Assembly: GCA_965206645.1 (NCBI GenBank)
Contig: CBDBKE010000004.1
Location: 160,001-224,000 of the forward strand
Length of the DNA stretch: 64,000 nucleotides
From: Terriglobia bacterium
GTDB taxonomy: Bacteria; Acidobacteriota; Terriglobia; JAJPHL01; JAPKYU01
Direction: 5' to 3'
Shown here: piece after piece, positions 32,724-42,666 of the stretch
Numbering within the stretch: the first letter of the stretch is position 1
Layout: each line of letters opens with the position of its first letter
Made by a program: the position numbers and the translations under genes
The notes under the pieces: generated by a model
What the model was told of the DNA's origin: nothing
Database searches by the model: none
Seen by the model: only the letters and a program-made list of their open reading frames with translations

Positions 32724-34157
32724 TCAGGCCAGCATCTTTTGCACGACAGTACCGCCAACGTCGGTGAGTCGGAAGTCGCGGCCCATATGACGATAGGTGA
32801 GCTTGGTGTGGTCGAAGCCCAGGCAGTGGAGCATTGTGGCGTGCAGATCGTTGATGTGAACAGGGTCTTCGACGATGTTCAGGCCTAGTTCATCGCCTTC
32901 GCCGACGATCTGGCCACCCTTGATCCCTCCGCCGGCAGCCAAGATCGTGAAGCAATCCGGGTGGTGATCGCGGCCTTGGTCGCCGGGTCGGGTGGTTTGA
33001 CTCATAGGCGTGCGGCCGAACTCACCACCCCAAACGATGAGGGTGCTGTCGAACAGCCCTCGTTGCTTGAGATCCTTGATCAGGGCCGCTGCAGGCTGGT
33101 CGGTAATCTGGCAATTCTTGGTCAGATTCTTGTTCAAATTATCGTGATCATCCCAGCTGGTGTGAACCAGCATCACGAAGCGAACCCCTCGCTCGACCAT
33201 GCGCCTCGCCAGCAGACAGTTGGTGGCATACGGTTTTGTGACCTCCTGGTTGACCCCGTACATATCGAGAATGTGCTGCGGCTCGTTGGAAAAATCCAGC
33301 AACTCCGGAGCCGAAGCCTGCATTCGAAAGGCTAATTCATAGGACGCGATCCGCGAGGCAATTTCAACGTTGCCGGTTTCCTCCTGGTGGATTTGGTTGA
33401 GATCCCGGAGTGCATCCAGTCCGGCGCGTTGTGTCTGGGGGCTCACTCCAGGTGGGTTCGAAAGGTAGAGGATGGGATCGCCGCTGCGGCGGAAAGGCAC
33501 ACCCTGATACGTCGAGGGCATAAATCCACTGGACCAATTGATTGCGCCGGCGCTCAAGCTTTTTCCCGAGCCAAGAACCACGAACGCGGGTAGATCTCGC
33601 GACTCATTACCCAGGCCGTAGACCGTCCACGCGCCGATGCTGGGCCGGCCGGCGAGTTGAAATCCGGTCATGAGCAGCGTTTCCCCCGGGGTATGATTGA
33701 ACGCCTCGGTGTGCATGGATCGGACCATACAAAAGTCGTCCGCGTGAGTGGCAAGGTTCGGCAGCAAATCGGAAAACTGCATCCCGCTCTGGCCATGACG
33801 TTTGAATTTCCGCGGACTGGCCCAAATCTTGGCAGTGGGCTTGATGAAGGCCAGCTTCAAGTCTTTCGTCATCGATGGCGGAAGGGGTTTTCCGTCCCAC
33901 TTTTGCAATCCGGGCTTGGGATCAAATAGATCCACCTGGCTGGGCGCACCGGCCTGGAACATGAAGATGACATTCTTTGCTGTGCCGGGGAAATGCGGCG
34001 GCTTGGGGACCAGACGGTCCAGGCGGGGCGCTTCGCTGGCCGCCGTCAGCCCATGGTCGGTCAGTAGATTTCCGAGGGCGATCATGCCCAGGCCCCCAGC
34101 GCAATCTCGAAGAAACCGGCGGCGTGTGTCGATTCGGAAAAACTTTTCAGGAGTCAT
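32724..34157 (-). CDS. DUF1501 family protein with Tat-like signal
   Basis: TRRRFL, GAPSQVDLFDPKP, ARRMVERGVRFV, WDDH, GEFGRTP, GRDHH, RLTDV. Confidence 0.92.
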   Translation of the reverse strand: MTPEKFFRIDTRRRFLRDCAGGLGMIALGNLLTDHGLTAASEAPRLDRLVPKPPHFPGTAKNVIFMFQAGAPSQVDLFDPKPGLQKWDGKPLPPSMTKDLKLAFIKPTAKIWASPRKFKRHGQSGMQFSDLLPNLATHADDFCMVRSMHTEAFNHTPGETLLMTGFQLAGRPSIGAWTVYGLGNESRDLPAFVVLGSGKSLSAGAINWSSGFMPSTYQGVPFRRSGDPILYLSNPPGVSPQTQRAGLDALRDLNQIHQEETGNVEIASRIASYELAFRMQASAPELLDFSNEPQHILDMYGVNQEVTKPYATNCLLARRMVERGVRFVMLVHTSWDDHDNLNKNLTKNCQITDQPAAALIKDLKQRGLFDSTLIVWGGEFGRTPMSQTTRPGDQGRDHHPDCFTILAAGGGIKGGQIVGEGDELGLNIVEDPVHINDLHATMLHCLGFDHTKLTYRHMGRDFRLTDVGGTVVQKMLA

Positions 34158-34159
34158 GG

Positions 34160-36748
34160 CTACTCTCTCGTCAAGAATTCGTCCAGATTCAGCAGCACTC
34201 GGCTGAGGCCGACCCAGGCCGCCGCTTCTGTTTGATCTGTCCCGTCCATATCCCAAGGCAGCAACTCGGTTACGGATTCGGGTTCCTTTTCGAGGATTGC
34301 TTTCTGTCGAGTGAGATACGACAGCATCACTTCCGACTCATTTGCGGACGGCGGCCGGGCCAGGCACAACCGGAAGCCATAGTCCAGCCGGTCGTGAAAC
34401 GAGGCGGCGGGCAGTTCCTTCAGAATCCGAAGCGCCAGAAACTGCGCGGCTTCGAAAAACACGGGATCGTTCAGCAGGTTCAGCGCCTGTAAGGGGGTAT
34501 TGGAGCGTTCCCGGCGGCAAGCAGCCGTGGTCGCGTCGGGTGCGTCAAAATTCTGAAGCAAAGGATAGGGCGAAGTGCGCAGGAAGTGAATGTAGAGGCC
34601 GCGCCTGTAGAGATCTTTGCCGCGACTCTCTTCCCAAACCGGATCATAGCCCAGTTTGAGCTCGAGTACGGAGTCAGGCTGCGGCGGGAAAACGTTCCGG
34701 CCACCCACCGCCGGATACAACAAGCCACTCGCCGCGAGGGTGGAGTCCCGCAACAGTTCCGCCGGGAGGCGAAACGTAGTCTGCCGGGCGAGCAAGCGGT
34801 TGCCGGGGTCCCGCTCCGTCAGCTCAGGTCGCGCTTTCGAAGATCGCCGGTAGGTGGCCGACGTCACAACCAACCTGTGGATTCGCTTCATACTCCAGCC
34901 GCTATCCATAAACTCCGACGCCAGCCAATCGAGCAACTCGGGGTGGGCAGGCTTCTCGCCCTGGGTCCCAAAGTTGTCCGAGGTCGTCACCAGGCCCTGC
35001 CCAAAATACTCCTGCCAGATACGGTTCACGATGACCCGAGCTGTCAGCGGGTTTTCCCGCGAGACGATCCAGTGGGCCAAATCCAGGCGCGAAGCTTCCG
35101 GACCTGCCGGGGAAAACGGATGCAACACGCCAAGCGTGCCCGGGCTCACCTCGACCCCCTTCGCGAGGTAGCTTCCACGCACGTGAATGTGATTTGTCCG
35201 GGACTCTGGGCTTTGGGTGATCGTTTGCGCCATGCTGATATTTGGGAAGGAGGCTCGTAGCGCGAGCAACTCTTTGTTCCATTCAGGGAATCCTCGCTCC
35301 TTATAAGCCTCCTTTCCAATCACCTGGTGATAATACTTGAGGAGGTGATTGGTGACCGCGTCCTGCTGTTGACGGTTGCGCTGCGCGGCGGGGATCCTGA
35401 GGAACCTCAGGCCGTGATCGACCTTCTTCTCAAAATTCTCATAAACCTCGTCCCAGATGGTCCACTTACCGGGGTTCTCGTAGGCGGCAATCAGGCGCCG
35501 CTCCCACTCCGGCTGGATCTCGGTCACACCGTACTTCTCGAGCAGTTCGTCACGCTTGCGGTGGTACTCGTCCCGATGTTTCAAGTAAGGACCCCACTCA
35601 CCTGGCAAGGGGGCTTCGACGTCGCGCTCTTCCGCCGTATTGAAGAAGGCAAAGAGCTGGTAATACTCCTTCTGGCTGATCGGGTCGTACTTGTGGTTGT
35701 GGCACTGGGCGCAGGCGACCGTCAGTCCGAGCCAGACCGTCCCCAGACTGTTCGCGCGATCGACAATCTTCTCGAAGCGAAACTCCTCTAACTTCGCCCC
35801 GCTCTCGCGATTGGAGAGCGTGTTGCGAAAGAAACCGGTAGCCGCTTTTTGGTCGGGTGTGGCGTTGGGCAGCAAGTCCCCGGCGATCTGTTCGACTGTG
35901 AACTCGTCGAACGGCATGTCGCGATTCAGCGCCTCGATGACCCAGTGCCGCCAGCGCCAAGCATGCGGCCGAGGCAGGTCGCGATCGTAACCGTCGCTGT
36001 CGGCATAGTGTGCTTGGTCGAGCCAGTGCCGCGCCCATTTTTCTCCGAAGTGCGGCGACCGCAGACGATCCTCCACGAGACGCTCGTACGCATTCCGGCC
36101 CTTGTCGGCCAGGAACTCGTCCACCTCGTCGGGCGAGGGCGGCAACCCGATCAGATCCAGGCTAAGGCGCCGAATGAGTGTGCGTTTGTCGGCTTCCGGC
36201 GATGGCTGGATTCCCTTGTCCTTGAGCCGGGCAAGAATAAACGCGTCGATCGGGTTGGGTACCCCTTCCGAGCTTCGGGTGGCTGGAACAGGGGGCCTGC
36301 GAATCGGCTGTAACGACCAGTGCGTCGAACCGCCATCGGCTTCCTGGTCGGCCGCCGCCGCTGTTTCCTCCTGCGGCCAGGGCGCTCCTTGGTCAATCCA
36401 CGCCCGGAGAGTGGCAATCTCATCCGCTGTCAGGCGCTCGCCCACGGGCGGCATGGGCGACTTGTCGGCCTGTCCCGTAACTCTCAGGATTAACTCGCTG
36501 GCATTGCTGTTCCCGGCTTGGAGGAGTGGGCCGGATTCACCGCCGCGCAGCGCGTCCTGGCGACGGTCGAGCCGCAGCCCGTGCATTTGCTGCTTGGAGC
36601 CGTGGCACAAGTAACAGCGAGACCGGAAGAGCGGCTCAATGTCACGACGGAAATCGACCTCCGCCGCATCTGCCCACGCCAGGCTCAGAAGCGGACAGAG
36701 GCCGGCAAGCACCAAGCCACGAAGAACTGCTCGGGGCCTAAAGTACAT
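34160..36748 (-). CDS. Planctomycete cytochrome c + DUF1549/DUF1553 (PSCyt2/PSD1) protein
   Basis: CYLCH and CAQCHNHKYDP haem motifs, GEKWARHWLD, NPLTARV, HPELLDWLA, TPLQAL. Confidence 0.92.
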   Translation of the reverse strand: MYFRPRAVLRGLVLAGLCPLLSLAWADAAEVDFRRDIEPLFRSRCYLCHGSKQQMHGLRLDRRQDALRGGESGPLLQAGNSNASELILRVTGQADKSPMPPVGERLTADEIATLRAWIDQGAPWPQEETAAAADQEADGGSTHWSLQPIRRPPVPATRSSEGVPNPIDAFILARLKDKGIQPSPEADKRTLIRRLSLDLIGLPPSPDEVDEFLADKGRNAYERLVEDRLRSPHFGEKWARHWLDQAHYADSDGYDRDLPRPHAWRWRHWVIEALNRDMPFDEFTVEQIAGDLLPNATPDQKAATGFFRNTLSNRESGAKLEEFRFEKIVDRANSLGTVWLGLTVACAQCHNHKYDPISQKEYYQLFAFFNTAEERDVEAPLPGEWGPYLKHRDEYHRKRDELLEKYGVTEIQPEWERRLIAAYENPGKWTIWDEVYENFEKKVDHGLRFLRIPAAQRNRQQQDAVTNHLLKYYHQVIGKEAYKERGFPEWNKELLALRASFPNISMAQTITQSPESRTNHIHVRGSYLAKGVEVSPGTLGVLHPFSPAGPEASRLDLAHWIVSRENPLTARVIVNRIWQEYFGQGLVTTSDNFGTQGEKPAHPELLDWLASEFMDSGWSMKRIHRLVVTSATYRRSSKARPELTERDPGNRLLARQTTFRLPAELLRDSTLAASGLLYPAVGGRNVFPPQPDSVLELKLGYDPVWEESRGKDLYRRGLYIHFLRTSPYPLLQNFDAPDATTAACRRERSNTPLQALNLLNDPVFFEAAQFLALRILKELPAASFHDRLDYGFRLCLARPPSANESEVMLSYLTRQKAILEKEPESVTELLPWDMDGTDQTEAAAWVGLSRVLLNLDEFLTRE

Positions 36749-37041
36749 CGTTTCTCCTAATTTGCTTTCGCACGGCCCGCCACCCTGCGCGTTCCTGATG
36801 TCTCCTCCATGGCGAGCGTCTCTAGAGGGAATTTCAGGTTTGAGTTCCCTCTCTGCTCAAAAGCATACACCAGCCACCCTGTCGGTTCAAGCTCATATCG
36901 CCACTTGTGCACCCTTAGCACTGATGGGGCAGTGCGATTGCCCTCTCGCTTGTTGCGCTAGCCGTCCGGCAGGGGCCATGCGCGATCATTCTCAGCATGC
37001 TTTCGAGCAACCTCGGGCTCAGGTGCTCTTCAGCCAGTAAT

Positions 37042-37267
37042 CCGAGAAAGTCCCGTTGGCGGCTGGTCCGATTCTTCATTGGAGATGGTCTTTATCCGCG
37101 CGCCCATCATTGAACGGGTTGGGCCGGGAGTTCAGGTGCTGGCTGAATGCCGGGGTTCGGCGGTGCTGGTGCGCCAACAGTACCTGTTGGCCGCTACGTT
37201 CCACCCGGAATTGACCCCCGACCCTCGCCTCCATCAATATTTCCTCACCATGGTCGAGGGGCGCTGA
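37042..37267 (+). pseudogene. pdxT: 3'-terminal fragment of the PLP synthase glutaminase subunit
   Basis: VFIRAP...[10 protein letters not shown]...HQYF matches the PdxT C-terminus; the N-terminal part with the catalytic Cys (GTCAG) is absent. Confidence 0.8.
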
Positions 37268-37305
37268 AGCGAGGCGGCGCAGCCGCGGGAATCACCTCAA
37301 TTAAA

Positions 37306-38964
37306 CCGGAATTTCCATTTTGAGCTTCCCCTTCACCCGAAAACCTATGCCTCTTACCCTGTCGTGTCAATCGCAAATCGCCCGGGCCTCTTTGAGGTGG
37401 TAGTGCGGCACATTTTGGCTGTTCTTCGGAGTCGCTGTGCGGGTTTCGCCTGCCCAGCCTGCCTCGCCGCTGACACTTGTCCGGCCCGACCACTTCTGAG
37501 CACCTAAAATTACCCTCTCTCCTGGGTCGCTAGCCGTCTGGCAGCGGCAGTGCCGAGATCGTTCGCAGCATGCTGCTGAACAGCCTCCGGCTCAAGTGCC
37601 CTTCGGCCAGCAAAAGCCAGTAATATCGCGCATGTTTCACCAGCCGTCCTCCCGTTTTCACCAGCCGCTGCTGCAAACTCGTCAGCGACCAGTTGTTGAT
37701 CCTCTTCGGTAGCACCAGCCGCCGCCACAGGTTTCCCAAGTTGTAGGCGATCAGGCTCAGCCATAGGCGCACCTCGTTCGACCGAAACCGATGGCAACTC
37801 AGCCGGGTCATCTTTACCGCCTGCTTGCCTTCCTTGATCCATTGCTCTGCGGTGCCCCGCTTGTTGTAGAACCGGACCACCGCCCGGCTGTCGGTCTCCA
37901 GATTGGTGACGATGAACCCCACGCGAGGGAACAGTTCGCCAAAGTGGAACTCCACCTTCGCCACCACCCGCCGCGCCTTTTTCCAACTGGCTGCCTGGTA
38001 GAGAAAGCTCTTGTACCAGACCACCGGCTTGTGGCTCGGTCGCCCCACTGACCGCGTCAACAACTCCGCGATGTCCCTCTCCAGACTGTCGTTGGCCGGG
38101 ATGCGAATCGCATACTTCACGTCCCGCTCCTCCAGTGCGTCGTAGATCTCCGGCTTGGCGAAGGCGGCGTCGGCGCGAAACACCACTTCCTTGCCCAGCT
38201 TCTGCTGCCGTTCGATCTCTGGCAGGAGAAGTTCTTCCCAATCCTCGGCGCTGTGCACGTTGCCGGGTCGCAGCTTGGCCGCCAGACAGTCACCCTCGCG
38301 ACTGAACAGCAACAACGGGTGATAGCAACTCGACTCGAAATGCCCGTTGTAGGCGCTCTGCTCCTGTTCGCCGTAGACCGGGATCTCGGTGCTGTCCATG
38401 TCCAGCACCACCCGGCGCGGCGCATCCATAGCTTCCGCCCTGGCGATCAAATCCCGGTTGATCGCTGCCAAACCAGCAAGGTTCTCGTCTTGCGTCAGCA
38501 GTTCTGTCTCGAACGACTGTAACCGGGAAGTCAGGGCTGCGCCACGTTCCCAGATCTTCTCCGAACCGATCAGCCGGAACGTCGGATCTTGGGAAAGCCG
38601 CTCGGCGTCGTTGACGTCTTCGTATCCTGCCAAGCGGCTGTAGATGGACTGCCGCAGCAAGTCAGCGAGGGGCAACCGGGTGTTCTTCCCCCGAGAGTCG
38701 ATCAAGTGCTGTTCGATAAGTTCGCCAAACCCCAAACGTTCGTCCAACTCGCGCACCACAATCAGACCGCCGTCGGAAGTGATTCGCGATCCCTGAAATG
38801 TGACCCGCAGAAACCGGTTGAATGACAGTTGAAACGCCTGTTTTTGGCTCTCACCCATTCGGTGTACACCTCCGGAAGGCAATGTTGATGCTGGAACCCG
38901 CATCAATACTGACGTTGGAGTCATTCAGAAGGTTGCCGCCGATAGTTCATAAAGGAAATCCGGG
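37306..38964 (-). mobile_element. IS1380-family insertion sequence
   Basis: Imperfect terminal inverted repeats CCCGGATTTCCTTTATGA (inward from 38964) and CCGGAATTTCCATTTTGA (from 37306), 14/18 matches, enclosing a transposase. Confidence 0.9.
37530..38858 (-). CDS. IS1380-family DDE transposase
   Basis: TSDGG, GYEDVND, LDMDST, YHPL, LRPGN, RADAAF, YNKRGTAEQWIKEGK. Confidence 0.95.
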   Translation of the reverse strand: MGESQKQAFQLSFNRFLRVTFQGSRITSDGGLIVVRELDERLGFGELIEQHLIDSRGKNTRLPLADLLRQSIYSRLAGYEDVNDAERLSQDPTFRLIGSEKIWERGAALTSRLQSFETELLTQDENLAGLAAINRDLIARAEAMDAPRRVVLDMDSTEIPVYGEQEQSAYNGHFESSCYHPLLLFSREGDCLAAKLRPGNVHSAEDWEELLLPEIERQQKLGKEVVFRADAAFAKPEIYDALEERDVKYAIRIPANDSLERDIAELLTRSVGRPSHKPVVWYKSFLYQAASWKKARRVVAKVEFHFGELFPRVGFIVTNLETDSRAVVRFYNKRGTAEQWIKEGKQAVKMTRLSCHRFRSNEVRLWLSLIAYNLGNLWRRLVLPKRINNWSLTSLQQRLVKTGGRLVKHARYYWLLLAEGHLSRRLFSSMLRTISALPLPDG

Positions 38965-39067
38965 GTAATAAGCCAGTAATGAGCGCTCCACTGGGACAAA
39001 GGGGTGTATATTCTCAACCGCCGGAGAGCCAGGAAGTCAATTCCGGCTAAAGGAAAGGGAGCAAATC

Positions 39068-40501
39068 GTGCAGAGATCCATACTTACTGCCACCGTCTTA
39101 TGCCTCCTATGGCTTCCTGTTGCAGCCACAGGTCAGGCAACCCGCGACACCGCAGCCTACCAACGAATCAAGGCATTTCTGGATACCGTGCCGATTATCG
39201 ACACCCACAATCACATCCGGCCGTTTGATCAGCTGCCTCCTTACGTCGAGACGGAACATGGCCGCGGCATCAACCTCTATGGCATTTGGGCACGTTCTTA
39301 CTACCAACTCTACCGGCGGCTCAGTCCGTGGAAGCCCGGTGAACCTTTTAAGGAGTGGTGGTCGCGAGCCAAGGGCGACTTTGATGAGGCGCGGGCTTTG
39401 AGCCAATATCGCTACATGCTCCCCGCATTCCAGGATCTCTATGGCATCGACTTCAACACCATCACGGACGAACAAGCAGCTTCGCTGGACCAGCGTATCT
39501 TTGAGAACTATCGTGACCAGAAGTGGCTGTACGAGGTCATCACCGAGCGGTCCAACATTGAATTGATGCTCAACGATCGCTATTGGGCGCCGCTTGATTT
39601 CAAGCTCTACCATCCGTTTGAGGTCATCATCTTCAGAGTGGGGTTTCTATTGAACGGATTCCACCCCTCTGAGTTCAAAGAACCGTCAGTTTCGTTCAGC
39701 CCGCCAACTTCTTCATCTGATCCCTACCACTTCGCCCGGGAGCAGGGACTTAAGGTGGAGTCACTGGACGACTATCTCCTGGTGGTGGATCGTGCCTTCC
39801 AAACCGCCAAGGAGCACGGAGCGGTCGGGCTGAAAGTACACACCCAGCGCAGCCTTCGCTTTGAAAATGTCGAGAAGGAGCGGGCGGCTCGCGTTTTCGG
39901 CCGGCCTCGAAAGGAGCTGTCGGCTGAGGAGATCAAGGACTTCGAGGATTTCATGATGTGGCGGCTGGTCGAGCTGAGCGCCAAATACGACCTGCCGTTT
40001 CAAATCCACACCGGGTACCACCTGCAGCCCTCGAACCCACTCTTGTTGGTTGACCTCATAAATGCCAATCCGCGGACCAAGTTCATCCTGTTCCACGGCG
40101 GCTACCCTTGGGTGAGCGAGACAGCGGCCATTGCCTTTCGTCGGATTCTTGCCGCCGCGCCGCATCCGTCGAATGTGTGGCTCGATTCCTGCTGGCTGCC
40201 GCTCATCAGCACCACGATGGCCAAGCGAGCGTTTCACGAGTGGCTCGATATTATTCCGTCGGATCGGATCATGTGGGGTGCTGACACCGAATACGCCGAG
40301 GGTGTCTACGCTTCGACGGAATTTAGCCTCCGCTGCTTGGCCGAGGTCCTGGCCGAAAAGGTCATTAACGGCCAGCTGCGCGAGAAGGACGCGCGCAGGA
40401 TCGGCCGCAACATCCTGCGCGACAACGCCCTGAAACTGTTTCCCCAGCTCAAAGAACGACTTTGGAAGCACAAAGGCCCGCTGCTCGTGAAACACGAGTG
40501 A
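39068..40501 (+). CDS. Secreted amidohydrolase-family protein (uronate isomerase-like TIM barrel)
   Basis: Signal peptide; IDTHNH, QIHTG, LFHGGYP, WGAD, DNA motifs. Confidence 0.85.
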   Translation: MQRSILTATVLCLLWLPVAATGQATRDTAAYQRIKAFLDTVPIIDTHNHIRPFDQLPPYVETEHGRGINLYGIWARSYYQLYRRLSPWKPGEPFKEWWSRAKGDFDEARALSQYRYMLPAFQDLYGIDFNTITDEQAASLDQRIFENYRDQKWLYEVITERSNIELMLNDRYWAPLDFKLYHPFEVIIFRVGFLLNGFHPSEFKEPSVSFSPPTSSSDPYHFAREQGLKVESLDDYLLVVDRAFQTAKEHGAVGLKVHTQRSLRFENVEKERAARVFGRPRKELSAEEIKDFEDFMMWRLVELSAKYDLPFQIHTGYHLQPSNPLLLVDLINANPRTKFILFHGGYPWVSETAAIAFRRILAAAPHPSNVWLDSCWLPLISTTMAKRAFHEWLDIIPSDRIMWGADTEYAEGVYASTEFSLRCLAEVLAEKVINGQLREKDARRIGRNILRDNALKLFPQLKERLWKHKGPLLVKHE

Positions 40502-40703
40502 ACGGTGGCGGGTGGGGGCCAGTCAAAGACTGCTCCACAAACACATTCAGCCTTAGTTTCTAGCGGCCAGTGATTCTTCCTGAGCCCCATGGGCGCTTCA
40601 ATCCTCTTTCCACTCCCTTTGCTGGCCGGGGGAAGAGTGCCTTAGGCGTCACCCGGTGAAGGGGCACAAGTAGCAGCGCATGGCGGTACATTCAGCAGCA
40701 GCG

Positions 40704-41717
40704 ATGCGGGAAGCCGACTTATACCCGGCGCTGAAGCGGCACTTCGAGAGCCTAGGCTGTGTCGTGTATGCGGAGGTGCCAGCTCCGCACGGGGGTTATG
40801 TGGACCTGCTGGCGGTGCGTGAGCCGGTGACTGTGGCTGTGGAGTTGAAGCCCTGGTTTTCGCGCGGGGCAGTTCGCCAGGCTGGGCGCAACAAGCGCTA
40901 CGTTTGGGAATCCTACGTCGCAGTGCCGGAGGGCGCACGGATTCCGCCCCGAAGGCGGGCGGTGCTGAAGCGGCACGGGGCAGGCTTGCTGCTGGTGAAA
41001 GTGGGGCCGGCGACGGATGCGGACTCCGGAGTGCGCATGGGGATCGACGCCCGTCACCAGGCTCCAGCCTGCACAGTGCGAGAGGCCTTCGGATCACACC
41101 TGCGGGGGCAACTTGGGTTGGCTTACAGGGCGGCGGAGGGAGGTGTACCTACAAGCAAAAGAGTTAGTGCTTTCAATCTATTAGTGGGCGAGATTAAAGC
41201 ATCGCTTGAAGATCACGGCGGCTGTGCCAACACCGACCAGGTCCTGTCCGACACGCTTCCGTGGAATTACTTTCGCAGCCAGCGGGGTGGCTTGCAGTGG
41301 GTTCTGGCGCACAAGTTCCAGCCGCTGGGGCCTGACCTGTGGGAACTGAAAACAGACGCCGGAGGCCGCGCGGCAAAGCTCAATAGGCGGCGGCCAGTGG
41401 AGTACCCGCTGCCGCTCGAATCGCTGGTGCGCACACACTTACCGGATACCTACGTCTGCCTGCCCCCACCCAACATCCGGCCCCTGCCGGGCGATTATCT
41501 AAGTCTCCGGAAGAACGGGCGACAGCTGCGGCGGTCGCGAATCGTCTCCGCCAAGCAGCACGCCATCGTGGAGACGCCGCACAGAGAACTGCGCGCCGGG
41601 CCAGCCGTCTTCTTTCCTTGGCGTTGTCCCCGGCCCTGGCGCTGTCCCCGGGAAATGGAGCTGCCGGAGAAAACTTTGGTCCTGCGCCTGATCCCGGACA
41701 AGGATCGAGCGCGGTAG
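40704..41717 (+). CDS. Putative PD-(D/E)XK nuclease-fold protein (DUF2161-like) with extra C-terminal region
   Basis: MREADLYP...EV...VDLLA...AVELK...QA...YVAVP pattern. Confidence 0.6.
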   Translation: MREADLYPALKRHFESLGCVVYAEVPAPHGGYVDLLAVREPVTVAVELKPWFSRGAVRQAGRNKRYVWESYVAVPEGARIPPRRRAVLKRHGAGLLLVKVGPATDADSGVRMGIDARHQAPACTVREAFGSHLRGQLGLAYRAAEGGVPTSKRVSAFNLLVGEIKASLEDHGGCANTDQVLSDTLPWNYFRSQRGGLQWVLAHKFQPLGPDLWELKTDAGGRAAKLNRRRPVEYPLPLESLVRTHLPDTYVCLPPPNIRPLPGDYLSLRKNGRQLRRSRIVSAKQHAIVETPHRELRAGPAVFFPWRCPRPWRCPREMELPEKTLVLRLIPDKDRAR

Positions 41718-41791
41718 TGCTGGCAAGACGCTAAAATGGTCATCAGAGGGTGCTGCTCAGGTCGCTTCCACTGAAGAGCAGAGATGAAACG

Positions 41792-42232
41792 ATGAGTGTC
41801 TTCGCGGAACAGATTCGAATCAGCGTTCCCAAAGAGGCAGTTTGGGATGCTCTGGCAGATATAGGGTCCATACACGAGTGGAACCCTGGAGTTGTTTCTT
41901 CTCGAAAGACAACGACTGGAGAAACCGGAGTAGGCTCAGGGCGACATTGTGAGCTAGGCGGAAAGAATTATCTCGATGAAAAGGTGGTTGAGTGGAGGCC
42001 AGGTGAAGAGTTGACAATGCGAATTGTCGGGACAAACCTCCCGTTCAAGACAGCGGATATAAGATTCGTGCTCGAAGCCCAAGGCGAGGAGACAGCAGTC
42101 ACCGTGTCGCCGAGATACACGCTCAAATTTGGTCCATTGGGGAAGCTGCTCGATGCAGTCTTTGTACGGGCGTATTACAGGAGGGGAATGGTGAAGCTCC
42201 TACAGGGCCTGAAGCAGCATGTTGAAAGTTAG
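41792..42232 (+). CDS. SRPBCC/polyketide-cyclase-like protein
   Basis: ISVPKEAVWDALAD...WNP...GVG...LKQHVE. Confidence 0.85.
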   Translation: MSVFAEQIRISVPKEAVWDALADIGSIHEWNPGVVSSRKTTTGETGVGSGRHCELGGKNYLDEKVVEWRPGEELTMRIVGTNLPFKTADIRFVLEAQGEETAVTVSPRYTLKFGPLGKLLDAVFVRAYYRRGMVKLLQGLKQHVES

Positions 42233-42337
42233 ATCTCCTGCTCCTGAATCTATGGCGGCGGTGGGGCTCCGGACAGGGACAAGAACAGGCGCCTGAATCC
42301 ATCGGGCCGCGCTACAATAGGCCGACGGGGGAGCGCC

Positions 42338-42649
42338 ATGATCGAGGACATTGAACGGCGAGAACGGGGAAGGCGCCGACTGCGGGAAGCCGTAGCCGCT
42401 GAGTGGGAAGGCCGGCGCATCACCGGCGAGGCCACCGAATTGAGCCAGGACAGCATCTTCGTCGAAGCGGCTTCGCCGCCTCCGGCAGAAGCTGAGGTCC
42501 AGATCACTCTGGGTTCGGGCGCCGAAGCCATTCGTCTGTCCTGCCAGGTGCGGCGAATCACCGGCACCGGGTTTGCCGGCGAGTTTGAGATGCTGTCGGG
42601 GGAGCAGCGCGGAGCGCTGGGAAAGCTGCTGGCCCGGCTGCCCTACTAG
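42338..42649 (+). CDS. PilZ-domain protein with degenerate c-di-GMP motif
   Basis: ERRERGR, then ELSQDS in place of DxSxxG; VRR...GFAGEF. Confidence 0.7.
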   Translation: MIEDIERRERGRRRLREAVAAEWEGRRITGEATELSQDSIFVEAASPPPAEAEVQITLGSGAEAIRLSCQVRRITGTGFAGEFEMLSGEQRGALGKLLARLPY

Positions 42650-42666
42650 CTGAGGAAGGGACTGAG

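Noticed and set aside
37510-38241. Second ORF inside the IS
   Set aside because: Alternate frame of the transposase with low-complexity translation
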